Below, one piece after another: positions 25,522 to 38,230 of a stretch of DNA of 64,000 bases. Within the stretch, counting starts at the first letter, position 1. Every line of letters begins with the position of its first letter. The stretch spans positions 109,060,001 through 109,124,000 of the forward strand of contig NC_058368.1 in the NCBI RefSeq assembly GCF_018350175.1. The letters are read 5' to 3'. The notes beneath the pieces were generated by a model that made no database searches, was not told the origin of the DNA, and saw only the letters and a list, made by a program, of their open reading frames with translations. This DNA is from Felis catus (lineage: Eukaryota). Both the position numbers and the translations under genes were made by a program.

Positions 25522-26480
25522 TGAGGAGGGAGTGTGGGGCAAGTTGAGGGCAAAGTACAGACTAACAGTAACCTACCCACCCCAGGATGGGATATGTGTA
25601 ATATTCCTCAGACACTCCTGCCTACTCAAGAACAAAGGAAAGGGGTTTAAGTGCTTACCATGGTGATGAAGGAAGCTAAGCCAAATGAAAAGTTAGATTC
25701 CCTTACTGCCTACAGCCCACTGACAAGTCCTGGAAACCAGCAGTGACCTTCCTCTAGGAGCTGCCTCAATGATGACCCTTTGCTAGGAGCAAAAGGGAAT
25801 CTTGGCTTAACATTCTCCTGCCCCACCCCACACCCCAGGGTCCTGTAAGTCTACTTTAACATATAAAAATTCCCTTGGGGCACCTGGGAGCTCAGTTGGT
25901 TAAGTATCCATCTTCGGCTCATGATCTCACGGTTCGTAAGTTCGAGCCCTGCATCAGACTCTGTGCTGACAGCTCAAAGCCTGGAGCCTGCTTCTGATTC
26001 TGTCTCCGTTTCTCTCTGTTCCTCCCCTACTCCTGCTCTGTCTCTCTCTGTCTCTCAAAAATAAATAAACATTAAAAAAGATTTTTTAAATTCCTTTGGT
26101 AACTTCCTTTATTTCACCCCCAAGATATATGCTGGCAATCATACTCCAAGCTTATGGCCCCCTGATATACATATGAAGCGTCTCATGACTCAGGTTTTAC
26201 TAAATGGTAATAAATGGCATATTTTCGTAACAACACCCAGTCCCTTAAGGTCCTGGAAACCTTGCTTCCAAAATTCCTTAGAGACTTACTCTATCCCTAA
26301 CCCCCTCCCAACCTGAGGATATGTAACTAGCAACTCCTCATGACCCCAAGGTAGCTCTTTCTGCCTACAGGTCCTGTCCCCATGCTTTAATAAAATCACT
26401 TTTTTGTACCCAAGATGTCTTCAAGAATTCTTTCTTGGCTGTCAGCTCTGAACCCCCACCATCACCCCAAATCCCCACCA
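25522..26480 (+). mobile_element. Solo ERV LTR with a CanSINE inserted at ~25877-26087
   Basis: TG...CA ends, near-matching 4-bp flanks (cttc/cctc), AATAAA at 26389-26394 followed by a U5-like segment. Confidence 0.6.
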
Positions 26481-26509
26481 CCTCTATTTACACTGGGTCT
26501 CTTTTCCAG

Positions 26510-26692
26510 ATTACAACTTCTTGTCCATTGGTCTGGCGATGTTAGGAAAGTTCGGAATTACCTCTGCTTTCTCCATGCTGTATGTCTTCACTGCAGAGCT
26601 TTACCCCACCCTGGTCAGGAATATGGCTGTGGGGGTTACATCCATGGCCTCCAGAGTGGGCAGCATCATTGCTCCCTACTTTGTTTACCTCG
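26510..26692 (+). CDS. SLC22A4: SLC22A4 coding exon 8
   Basis: ttccag|AT...CTCG|gtgaga; 183 nt; [60 protein letters not shown] (ELYPT motif). Confidence 0.97.
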
Positions 26693-26899
26693 GTGAGATG
26701 CATCTTGTCAATTTGTTCTTTTTTTAAAATATAAAGGAATAACTTTTTCATTGTGAAAAATGCTAACAGCATAAAAGTTACTGGAAAAAGGGCAAGTTTA
26801 CCTCTTCACTCTCGGGCAGCCCAAATCGCATCCCTAGAACTAAAAGGAGCTAATATTAACACTTCAGTGAATAGCCCTTCTGTTGTTTTTTATTGCAAA

Positions 26900-26903
<4 letters not shown>

Positions 26904-26948
<45 letters not shown>
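26904..26948. repeat. (CA)n microsatellite
   Basis: Direct reading. Confidence 0.95.
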
Positions 26949-26950
<2 letters not shown>

Positions 26951-27009
26951 GTATACACAGACATACACATAAAATAAACACAAAAAAAACTGTACATACT
27001 GTTTCACAA

Positions 27010-27545
27010 CTTTTTTTCCTTTTATTTAATTTATTTTTTAAAATTTACGTCCAAATTAGCCTATAGTGCAACAATGATTTCAGGAGTAGATTCCTTAATG
27101 CCTCTTACCCATTTAGCCCATCCCCCCTCCTACAACCCCTCCAGTAACCCTCTGTTCTCCATATTTAAGTTTCTTATGTTTTGTCCCCCTCCCTGTTTTT
27201 ATATTCTTTTTGCTTCCCTTCCCTTATGTTCATCTGTTTTGTATCTTAGAGTCCTCATATGAGTGAAGTCATATGGTATTTGTATTTCTCTGCCTGACTA
27301 ATTTCGCTTGGCATAATACCCTCTAGTTCCATCCACGTAGTTGCAAATAACAAGATGCCATTCTTTTTGATGGCCGAGTAATACTCCATTGTGTATATAT
27401 ACCACAACTTCTTTATCCATTCTTCCATCAATGGACATTTGGGCTCTTTCCATACTTTGGCTATTGTTGATAGCGCTGCTATAAACATTGGGGTACATGT
27501 GCCCCTTCAAAATAGCATACCTGTATCCCTTGTCTAAATACCTTG
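27010..27545 (-). mobile_element. 5'-truncated carnivore L1 (ORF2 C-terminus plus 3'UTR)
   Basis: Minus ORF 27255-27488 MFIAALSTIAKVWKEPKCP...MEYYSAIKK...WMELEGIM is the L1 ORF2 end; TSD tgtttcacaacttttt. Confidence 0.92.
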
Positions 27546-28255
27546 TATGTTTCACAACTTTTTTAACTTAACATTGTATCACAGTACCTTTCCTTATTAG
27601 TATATATAGCTCTTACCTTCTTTTTCGTTAGTATATAGTCTTCTAATGTACGTATATGCATAAAAATGTGTTTAACTAGGCTCAATGGATGGACATTTAG
27701 GTCATTTCCAGGTTTTTGTTATTACAAATACTACAATGAACATTCATCTATGCCCCTATGCCCCTTTGTTCATTTAAGTACATACATTCAGATTTATGTA
27801 TTGTTGGAACAATTTAAAATTTCCACAGATATTGCCAAACTGGCCTCTAAACATTGTACTAATTTACAATCCAACTATCAGTATATGAGAGTGTCTATTT
27901 CTCCATATCCTCACTAACAATGGGGATTATCCAATTTTTAAATCGTTGATAATCTGTTATCTGAAAAATGGATATCATTGTTGCTTTCATTTCTATTTCT
28001 TTAATTATAAATAAGGTTGAGCAGTTTTTCGTGTCTCTATTGACATTGCATCTGTTTTTCAGTGACCTGACTGTTCATGTCTCTTGTTCATCTTTTGAAT
28101 GGTTTATTTTTGATTTGTAAGAGCTCTTTGTAATTGAAAGAAACTAGCCCTTTGTATATATGTTGTAAATATTTTTACTAGTTTATCCTTCACTTTTTAC
28201 TTAATAATATTTTTTTGTAATGCAGGAAATTTTAGTTTTTATATAATAAAATTCT
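27546..28255 (-). mobile_element. Old L1 fragment
   Basis: tgtactaatttacaatccaactatcagtatatgagagtg...ccatatcctcactaaca: antisense L1M. Confidence 0.7.
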
Positions 28256-28406
28256 CAATCTGGAATAACACGACAGAGGGCTTCAGTGGGTTGTTCAATG
28301 GATGTAGGATCTGGCCCTCCAAGTCAGATCCCACTGAGGACTGATGGTGAGAGATGTTGATATACCTCCTTATTCTTCCTAGTCATCCATTGGTTACCTA
28401 CTGGTT

Positions 28407-28452
<46 letters not shown>

Positions 28453-28974
28453 GACTATATATTAATCCTCAGGAAAGGTACACTCTAAATCTTCACAGAG
28501 AAAATAAAGCATTTTCTTGTCTTAAACATACTCTACATGGCTGCCCTGAACAACACCTAAGAAAGCACATTATTATATAGAATGGTGTCATTTCTCCTTT
28601 CTTCCTCCCTATACGTTCAAACCCTGCTCACTTGGTCTAAAGGGTGGTGCCCTTTAGATCTTAGGCATTGGTGCCTAAGAAACAGAGGAATCCAAGACAG
28701 AGCTTTCTATTCCACAATAGCTACTCCTGTTAGTGACATAGACACCTCGCAGAAGATTCAAGTTTAACGTTTTCTGTCAAATAAAATTCTTGGGTGTGTT
28801 GTTCCTCTGTAATCTCTGTATGCAGAAGGGAAGCAAGGTGAGGATCTATTATTCTCCTGTCCAAGGAATGCCTGATAAGGAAGAGGTGGAATGGCTCATA
28901 CAATTACATACAAAACCAAGACATGCAAATGTTGCAGAAAGCAACCAAAGCCAGGCAGAATGCATTCACGGTGC
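28255..28974 (-). pseudogene. Fossil exon (contains a CA repeat; distal end abuts L1)
   Basis: aatgtcag|G CAC: HRECILPGFGCFLQHLHVLVL / LYEPFHLFLIRHSLDRRIIDPHLASLL vs recalled [29 protein letters not shown]. Confidence 0.55.
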
Positions 28975-29048
28975 CTGACATTTAGTGATTGAAATTGGAT
29001 TGAACGTATTACTTAGGTTTTTTCTCTTTAAGAGTTTCATGGCTCTTT

Positions 29049-29120
29049 AGGGGCATCTGGGTGGCTCGGTGAGATCGAGCCCCACATTGGGCTCTGAGTT
29101 GGTCATGGAACCTGTTTAAG

Positions 29121-29172
<52 letters not shown>

Positions 29173-29230
29173 CCTCTACCATTCATGCTCTCTCTCTCTT
29201 AAAAAAAATATTATTAAAAAAAAAAAAGAA
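29049..29230 (+). mobile_element. Internally deleted CanSINE
   Basis: ggggcatctgggtggctc...(CT)n and A-tail; TSD-like aagagt(t/c)tcatggctcttt. Confidence 0.85.
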
Positions 29231-29300
29231 GAGTCTCATGGCTCTTTGGACCTAGCTGTCCACTGCAGCCCACTTTTGCAGGCAAAAGCAAAGGCCACAC

Positions 29301-29546
29301 CTTGTCACACCAGTCATAATGGCTAGTATCTGTCCCTGCAATATGCTTTCTCTCCTTGATGTCCTCTCATCCCTCCTCTCAAATTTCTTCCACCGTAAGA
29401 GGGAAAACTTGGTAGGCAAATAGTTCCATCAAAGGAACATGTGTCATACATGGTTAAACAGTGGCTTAGAGAATGAAACTGGCATGAAAGACCTTATGCA
29501 GCATCATGTAGGTAAATGAGTATGGAAATCATGAAGGCAATGACAT
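29301..29546 (-). pseudogene. Fossil exon
   Basis: tttctctttggcag|...ACAAG|gtgtgg; ends SILQGQILAIMTGVT in phase 2, matching the next segment; recalled GREB1L RKLLSQVCAIADSG. Confidence 0.55.
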
Positions 29547-29709
29547 CTGCCAAAGAGAAACTGTGATTGTGATATTTTACATATCTTTTTCCTTCTGTCA
29601 ATGTTCAGATTTAAAACTGCTCTCAAATACCATTGTTCACCATGATAAAAGGATTCCCAAAAGCATCTGAAAAATCCCTATATGTAATTGATGTTCTTGT
29701 TCCTTACAG

Positions 29710-29845
29710 GTGCGTACAACAGAGTTCTGCCCTACATCCTCATGGGCAGCCTGACTGTCTTGATTGGAATCATCACCCTCTTTCTCCCTGAAAGTTTTGG
29801 AGTAACTCTACCAGAGACCTTAGAGCAGATGCAGAAAGTGAAAGG
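29710..29845 (+). CDS. SLC22A4: SLC22A4 coding exon 9
   Basis: ttacag|GT...AAAGG|gtaagt; 136 nt; [45 protein letters not shown]. Confidence 0.97.
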
Positions 29846-29859
29846 GTAAGTGGAACTTT

Positions 29860-30640
29860 AAAAACTGATACCAAAATTCCTCAGAAGGAATAAACATGCA
29901 AGAATAGCTAGGAAGTTTCTGAAAAAGAAGGGTGGTAAATGGAAGGTAGCTCTATCAGATAATAAAGCATATTACTAAGCAAAGGTAATTAAAACAGTGT
30001 GATACTGGTGTAGGATAGAAATCCCTGGAATAGAATAGAGTTCAGAATTAAATCCAAGAAAATATGAGAAGTCAGTATATGCTAAAAAGTAGCTATTCAA
30101 AATCAGTGAGGAAAATTAGATTATTCAGTAAAAGGTGTTAGAGAACTCAGCTAGCTATGTTGTATAAATAAAAAAACTTGACTCCTACTTCAAAATACAT
30201 CAAGATAAATTGAAGAGCAATTAATGTAAAATCATAAATGTTCCAGAAGAAAAGATATATATTTTTATAACCTTAGAGAAGGCCTTTCTGAATATGATAT
30301 GAAAAGCAAAGAGAAATAAAGGAAAAGATTGCTATGTCTGATTGTGAAACTTTAGAAATTGTTGGCACAGCAAGAAAAGAAACCATAACTAAAAACAAAG
30401 GTCAAAAATCCAGGGGGAAAATATTTGCAACACACAATAGGTACCTGGGGCTAATATAGCTAATACACAAGAAACTCTCAGCAGTCAGTCAGAAAAAGAC
30501 CAACAACTCAGTAGGAAAAATGCCAAAGGTCATCAACAAGCAGTTGACAGAAAAGGAAATTTCAATGGCAGATACATACACGAAAAGCAATACTTGTCCA
30601 TATTTATAAAGAGATACAAAATAAAATAGTTCAATATATA
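29860..30640 (+). mobile_element. Old L1 ORF2 fragment
   Basis: aaaacagtgtgatactgg, aaaatatttgcaacac: degenerate L1M. Confidence 0.65.
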
Positions 30641-30650
30641 TTTTTTTGTC

Positions 30651-31455
30651 TGTGAGATTTTATGAGAGTTTTTCCCCTGATACCAACCACTTCTTACCCA
30701 ACTAGGTGTCCTGTAATTTAATTCAATTCCAACCCTTACCACCCAGAGTTTCCATCAGAATCCACAGGTTTAAGAGCTCAGTCCCATAGGACTGCCCTCA
30801 CTTTAGATGCTGGTGATAAATATGAGGTCCCCAGATTATCCACACTTCTATCCAACTTGGCTTCAGAGTCTGATGTTTCCACAACCCCTGTGCTCAAATT
30901 CAGTAATTGTCCAGAATGATTCACAGAACCAGGATAACACTCTCCTTACCATTTCAAGTTTATTATAAAGGATACATATGAACAACCAGATGAAGAGGTG
31001 AGGTACAAAGGGTGAGGTACAAAGAGGTGCAAAGGGTGAGGTCCAGAAGAGTCCAGGGTACAGGAACTTTCTGTCCCTGTGCAGCTGAGGAGCACTGCCA
31101 TTTTGGAGCATGGATGTGTTCACCAATTCAGAAGCTCTCCACACCTCGGTGTTCAGAGGGTTTTATGGAGGTTTTATCACATAGGCATGATCAATAACTA
31201 ATTCAACCTGTTGCCCCTCTCTTCTCTTGGAGGTTGGAGGGTGGGGCCGAAAGTTCCAGGCTGCTAACCAAGGCCTAGTGTTTCTGGTGACCAGTCTCCA
31301 TCCTGAAGCTATCAACTGACCCACCAGGAGTTGCCTCATTAGAACAAAAGACAAGACAGTCCTATTACCCCTATCACTCAGGAAATGACAAAGGATTTAG
31401 GAGCGCTGAGTCAGGAACCAAGGACAAAAATCAAATATCTTTATACAATATCACA
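30651..31455. mobile_element. LTR element (MER21-like)
   Basis: tgtga...atatcaca ends; ccacaggtttaagagctcagtccc and aaagttccaggctgctaacc motifs. Confidence 0.6.
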
Positions 31456-31975
31456 GACTGGCAAACAACTAAAGATGAGTGGTAGTGTGGGAGAAGTTTA
31501 GATTCTAGAGTGAAAATGTCTGGCTTCAAATCCCAAATCTATTGCATAAATGAGGGAAAATTACTTAACTTTCACTGAACCTCAGTATTTGCGTCTGTTG
31601 TACAGGAATAGTTCATATGGCTGTTGTGAGTTTACATAAGATAAAGTAACTTTAGTATCAAGCCATGAAAAACATAAATCTGTATGTGAGTAGATTCTGG
31701 TCCCTGAAGGAACATGTACAACAAAATGTACCCAAAACGTTGTTTCTTCTAATGATAGGACTATTTCAATATTAACTTTAGCTTGCCCAGAACTTCATGT
31801 TTACCACTCGATCCTTTCCTGAGGAGAATTGTAAAATTATAGAATACAAACTCTAGACTCCTGAGTTGTTACTAGAGTTATGTCCATTGACTGGATTAAT
31901 GTTTTTCAGCATCACTCTAGCATTTTAAGGAGAAGAGTCTTGACTAATTTTCTTTAGTGCTTATCTTATTTTCAG

Positions 31976-32051
31976 GTTCAGACTTAGGAAAAACACAAGA
32001 GATTCAACGGAGAAAGAAGAAAATCCCAAAGTTCTCATAACTTCATTCTGA
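31976..32051 (+). CDS. SLC22A4: SLC22A4 last coding exon (10), ending in class I PDZ-binding motif T-S-F
   Basis: tttcag|G TTC...TTC TGA; FRLRKNTRDSTEKEENPKVLITSF*. Exons 2-10 sum to 1269 nt in frame (422 aa + stop); a 131-codon exon 1 would give 553 aa. Confidence 0.96.
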
Positions 32052-32378
32052 TAAAATTTCCACCCCATTTGGTGACCTGAAAAACAGATGCATAAGACTC
32101 TATGAAGAAACCAAAGTCTTTCCTGATGAAATGGACCAACCCTAAGGATTAACACTAAGATGACTTTGCTGTTGAGAAATGCTTGTCACATAGCAAACTC
32201 CAAGCCACTCTTCCAGATAATCCCCTTATTTTAAAAACAAACCATTTCTAGATAGTCCACCTTCCTAATTAATTCAATGAAATGGGTTCATAAGATTTTT
32301 TTGAAAAATGCATTGGTCAAGGACTGGTAAATTCACACAAAGATGAACCTTCATTTTCAAACATACAAATACTATTCA

Positions 32379-32384
32379 AATAAA
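32379..32384 (+). terminator. Candidate SLC22A4 polyadenylation signal AATAAA
   Basis: AATAAA about 330 nt downstream of the stop codon, followed by GT-rich sequence near 32425-32445. Confidence 0.55.
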
Positions 32385-32706
32385 AAGAATGTCCTTGTAT
32401 TAACACAACTATTAGGTGATAACAGTATATGTGTGTATGTGTATAAGTGAACTAGTACATTCAAAATTAGAGTAATTTTTGAAGTGAACCTATATATTTC
32501 TGTAACTAAATGATTATATGCACTATTCCTATCCAGAGAATTTCATACAATCCTTTGAGGGGAATTGATGGCAGATATTAATAGTGTTTTACAAGTGAAA
32601 CACAGTAAGAGATCAAGAAACCTTGATATGTGGCTCATATGACCTGTTGGCCTTTACGAAGGAAACCAAGACAGTTCCCTGCTAAAATTCAGCGGCTGTA
32701 ACTCAC

Positions 32707-33293
32707 AGTGTTTTGAATGGTCTGTATTTGTTGTGATCTTTTGAGGCGCATGATTGAACTTTCTGTTTCTTAAGACTGGTTGAAAAGGTATTTTGCTAGT
32801 AAACAGATAATCAGGAAAGCCACAAACCAGTTAGATTGGTAAAGATGGTTTGTATGCCCCATGGCCAAGAGACATCAGCACTCAGGAAGAAGGCTGTCCA
32901 AGCCAACAATCTGGAAAGACTTTTAAAACAGTTCTTTCCATTAATAGATTCCTTCCTAAGCACGGTATGCAGCTACATTCTCTCTGACCAGGGGTGCATC
33001 TGGTTCCATGAATGAGCAGTGTAAAAAATAATGGTCACTAATGGGGTAATGTGTTATCATAAGCTCAGAAAATAAATGTCAGGTCTCTGTCTTAGCATGT
33101 TTTAGGCATGCTGAGATGATAACACATCGAGGAGTTAATCCTGGAGACTGAGGCAGCATGCTTTCTCTGAAAGTGGCTTCTGCGACAGCAGCACAGTGAA
33201 AAGCAACTGAGCCTTTGACACCCCCAGCACTACGGTGTGCTCAGAGAAGGAGGTAGCTCTGGTTTTTTATATGATGCTTGGTGGCATCATCTC
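32707..33293 (-). pseudogene. Fossil exon
   Basis: tttttag|GA...CACT|gtgagt; AVAEATFRESMLPQSPGLTPRCVIISACLKHAKTE vs recalled GREB1L SLAEGISETL...LPDYVVVICASKIRGNE; in-frame stops present. Confidence 0.5.
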
Positions 33294-34184
33294 CTAAAAA
33301 TACTTATCCCCAAGATTAAATTTTCACTAAATATTTTGTAGAGGAAATTTTGATATAACTTCTTTAATAAATGGTCCATAGGATTTCAAGTTCCTTATCT
33401 TGAACTTTTCTGATTAACCCTGAATTCTTTCCCTTTATTGTTGTATTTCTAACACATATTTTATATCCTCATGACACACTGATCCTAGCTTTTGATTGTT
33501 ACTTTAAAATCCACTAGAATATCCTAGAATAGTTTATGTCATGTCATTTGTACAGTTTCATCCAGCCAGTGCTTTTGTCTCCCCCATGGATGCAGCCTGT
33601 CTGGATAATTTTTCCACCTACCTTGCTGGGCACTAGGTAGCCTGTCCCACAGACAGCAGGTCACGCTCTCTCCCAAGAAGCTCTCCTTGAACTTCCTTCC
33701 CACTGGTAGTGGCTGTTCCCTCCTCTGTGCTCCTCATGTACTTGTTACCCTTACTCAGTTGGGCTCTTGTCTTATTGCTTTCCAGAGGCTAGGGGCATTA
33801 CCTTGTTTGTCTTTTTATCCTCTGTAGATCTGTTTAGCATAGTGTTTTCTTGCATTTAGCAAGCATTAATAAATATTTTAGTTGAAAAACTTTGTAAATC
33901 TAGCTTGGTGAATATGTTTGATACATAGACATTAAAAAATTTAAATGTGTATATCAAAAATGCTCTCAAAGCTTTTTCTAAGTATGAAAAGTGAGGATTT
34001 TATAATTACCTTTTATTGCTGTTTGTGCAGGTGCTTTATGTCTTCTGAAAATCTGTTTATATAAAGGCAACAAGTACAGGCATGATTATCTCTTCGGTAG
34101 TTCAAAGATAAAGTAGATCAATACATGCCCAAATACTATTTGATTAAACTGAAGATGCATTGCTGATTTTTAAAAACTACTTTT

Positions 34185-35600
34185 ATTTATTTTTTTAAGT
34201 TTATGTATTTATTTTGGTAGAGAGAGAGAGAAAGAGAGAGAGGCAGAGAGAGAAGGAGCGGTCAAGAGAAAGAATCTCAGGCAGGCTCCACGCTGAGCAT
34301 GGAGCCCGACTCTGGGTTCAATCCCACCATGCTGGGATCATGACCTGATTCAAAATCAAGCCACCGACCAAGCCACCCAGGCGCCTCTAGAAACTACTTT
34401 TAAAATTAGGTATACAAAGCACTATCCTGCACTTATGAATAGCAATCTCAGACTGGCAGCCAATCTTACACCACATGTTCTAGAATCTAGTTTCTTGCCT
34501 GGATTCTGTTAGCATCCTAACTAGTCCCTCCTCCTTAATTCTGCTCCTGTCTTCCTTGAATCTATCCTCAGCATAGCAGTGTGGGTGATCTAAATGAGAT
34601 CATGTCTTGCAGCACCTGGGTGGCTCAGTCAGGTAAGCATCTGACTCTTGACCTCTGCTCATGCATGATCTTATGGCTCATGGGATAGAGCCCCACATCT
34701 GGTTCCCTGGCTGACAGCAGGGAGCCTGCTTGGGATTCTGTCTCTCCTTCTCTCTCTACCCCTCCCCTGCTGACACTCTTTCTCTCTCTCAAAATAAACT
34801 TAAAAAAAATTTTTTTAAATGAGATCATGTTACTTTTCTACTCCAAACCTTCCAGTAGCTTCTCCTCTCAGCCAGGTGCTTTTCTTCCCCCCTTTATGCT
34901 CCCACAGCACATACTTTTATTATGTGAGTTATGTCCCACATCAGTCAAGTTTTTAAAAAGTCAAAGTCTTTACAATAATCTATACAGAGGACGACTACAT
35001 GTCTCAGTTTTCCCAGAGGAGCCACAGCTGGCCCAGGGTGATTATTAATACCCCCCACAACCTTTCATGCTAAAAATGCTCCAGTTGGATATATAGCTCC
35101 TAGTTTGGAACATATATAGCTCCCAGTTGGGGGTTATATATGCTCACCAACTGATAGGGCCATATTCTGTGTGTCCCCACCCTATGTCTTTCTTCATATG
35201 TCACCTGCTTCCTAAATACTTATCCAACCACCCAGTCTAAAATTGCATCCTGTTCTCTGTCTGTCCTCAACTCACCCATCCCTGCTTCATTTTTCTTCAT
35301 AGTTCCCATCACCCTCTAACATCCTAACTAATTTACTTCTTCATTTTTTCAAATGTTCTTCTTCCTCCTGGAGCTTACATTCCATGAGGGGCACTTCTGT
35401 ATCCCCAGAAGTTAGAACAGTGGTTGGCACATAGCAGGTACTTGATAAAATATTTGTCTAAAAATGAATAAATAGGAGCGCCTGGGTGGCTCAGTCGGTG
35501 AAGCATCTGACTTCGGCTCAGGTCATGATCTCACGTTTCGTGGGTTCGAGCCCTGCGCCAGGCTCTGTGCTGATAGTGCAGAGCCTGAAGCCTGCTTCAG

Positions 35601-35642
<42 letters not shown>

Positions 35643-36466
35643 CCTCTGCCACTCACACTCTGTCTCTCTCTCAAAAATAAACATTAAAAAAAAGTTTTTA
35701 AGTAAAAAAACATTAAAAAAATACAAATGAATAAATAGGGGTGCCTGCGTGGCTCAGTTGGTTGAGTCCCACTCTTGATTTTGACTCAGGTCATGATGCC
35801 ACCAGAGTCATAGGATTGAGCCCCATGTTGGGCTTGGCGCTAAGTGTGGAGCCTGCTTGATATTCCCTTTGCCCTTCTCCCCTGCTCTCGTGCTCTCTCT
35901 CTCTCTCAAAATAAAATAAATGTATCAATCAATCAATAATGAATAAATATATTATGGTCATTATTATAGTTAAATTGGCAAATGTAATTACTAGTTTTCA
36001 AATAAGAAAATGCTGGCCAATAAACATACCAAACAAGCATTCTGCTTTACAAGTAATTGAAAGAATACTAATTGAAGTAGCAATGTGCTGCCATTTTGCA
36101 ACTAACAAAGATTACAAAATGATAGTGTTCAATAATAATGATTGTATGAGGAGATATACTTTCATATTCTTCTGGTGGGAGTGTAAATTGGATTATTATT
36201 TCTGGAAAATAAATTGGCAAAGCATTTCCAAAGCCTTAGAATGCTTGGATTTTTTTTTTTTAAGTTTATTCGATTTAAGAGAGGTAGAGCATGTGTGTGA
36301 GTGAGTAGGGGAGGGGCAAGGAGAGAGGGAGAGAGAGAATCCCAAACAGGCTCTGTGCAGTCAGGGCAGAGCCCAATGCAGGGCTCAATCCCACAAACCA
36401 CAAGATCATGACCTTAGCTGAAATCAAGAGTCAGATGCTTAACCGATTGAGCCACCCAGGCACCCC
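34185..36466. mobile_element. Five CanSINEs (~34185-34385 -, ~34610-34815 +, ~35475-35720 +, ~35738-35920 +, ~36250-36466 -) among L2-like remnants
   Basis: SINEC heads and tails readable at each position. Confidence 0.85.
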
Positions 36467-36574
36467 TGGATTATTTTTTTTTAATTTATTAACTCCACAA
36501 CTAGGAAATAGAGATATATGAACTCTTTATGCAGAGATGTTTATTACATTATTATTTGCAATTTTAAAAAACTA

Positions 36575-38230
36575 AGTATGGCCTAACAAAGGAGGTGAAA
36601 GACTTATTCATTGAAAATACAAAACATTGCTAAAAGAAATCAAAGAATATATAAATAAATGGTAACATATCCTGTGCTCATGGAGTGGAAGACTCAAATA
36701 TTATTAAAACATCCAACTAATCAGAGTAACCTACAAATGCAATGCAATTGCTGTCAAAATCTCAGTGGCATTTTTGCAGAACTAGGAAAAAACATCCTAA
36801 GATTTATGTGGAATCTCAAGGGAACCCAAACAGCTAAAACAATCTTGAAAAAGAACAGAGTTGGAGGCTTCACACTTTCCAGCCTCAAAATATACTACAA
36901 ACAACAGTACTCAAGACAGTGTGGTAGTGGCATAAAGACAGATATATAGATCAACATAAGAGAATAGAGATCCCAGATAAACCCTTACTTATATGGGGAA
37001 ATTATTTTAGACAAGAGTGTCAACACTACACATTGGGGAAAGGACAGTCTCTTCACCAAATGGCTTTGTTAAAACTGGATATTCACATGCAAAAAGTTGG
37101 ATCCATACCTTACACTATAATACAAAAATTAACTGAGAATAAAGACCTAAATGTAAGACCTAAAAAACTCTAAGAAGAAAAACTTCAGGGTACTGAATTT
37201 GGGGATGGTTTCTTGGACATGGCACCAAAAGCATTGGCAAGAGAAGCAAAAATAGACAAATGGGACTATATCAAACTTAAAAACTTGAGTGTCAAAGGCA
37301 ACAGAGTGAAAAGGCAGCCTATGGAATGAAACAACTTGTTTACAAATCATATATCTAATAAAGGATCACTATCCAGAATGTAAAAGAAACTTCTACACTC
37401 AACAACAAAAACAATAGTCTGATTTAAAAATGGGCCAAGGATTTGAACAGACAATTCTCCAAAGAAGATGTACAAATGGCCAGCAAGCATATGAAGGTGC
37501 TCAACGTCACTAATCATTAGATAAGTGGAAACCAAAACCACGAGATACCATCTCATACCCAGTAGGATGGCTGCTATAAAAAGAGCAGAAAACAAGGGTT
37601 GACAAGGATGTGGAGAAATTAGAATACTTGTGCACTCTTGGTGGAAATGTGAAATGGTGGAGCCACTATGGAAAACAATATGGAGGTTCCTCAAAAATTT
37701 AAAAATAGAATGACAATATGACTCAACAAAACAGTTCAAAGCAGACTCTAGGAGAGCTATTTGCACACTCATGCAGCATTATTTACAAAAGCTAAGAACT
37801 GGAAGCAACCCAAATGTTCATCAACAGATGAATAGATAAAGAAAATGTGGTGTGCATGTACAATGCAACATTATGTAGCGTTGGGGGAAAAAAAGGAAAT
37901 CCTGCTGCATGCTGTAACACGTATGAACCTCAAGAACACTATCCTGAGTGAAATAAGCCAGTCACAAAAGGGCAAATCTGTATGATTCCACTCACATAAA
38001 GTATCTAAAATGTCAAAATCATAGAAACAGAAAGTAGAAAGATGGTTAACAAGAGCAGGGAAAAGGGAGAGTTAGCGTTCCATGGGTTTCAATTTTGCAA
38101 GATGAAGAAGTTCTGTAGATCTGTTCATAACAATGAAAATATGCATAATACTGCTGAACAGTACACTTACAAATGGTGCAGATGGCAAAATTTAATGTTA
38201 TGTGTTTTTTTACCACAATAAAAAAAAAAG
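36575..38230 (+). mobile_element. L1 ORF2 3' part and 3'UTR with A-tail
   Basis: Broken ORF2 translation (GIFAELGKNILRFMWNLKGTQTAKTILKKNRVGGFTL), 3'UTR, aataaaaaa. Confidence 0.9.

Noticed and set aside
33085..33115. Short inverted repeat cttagcatg...catgctgag as a miRNA (e.g. a MIR3936 orthologue)
   Set aside because: Stem far too short for a pre-miRNA; no miRNA can be supported from sequence alone.
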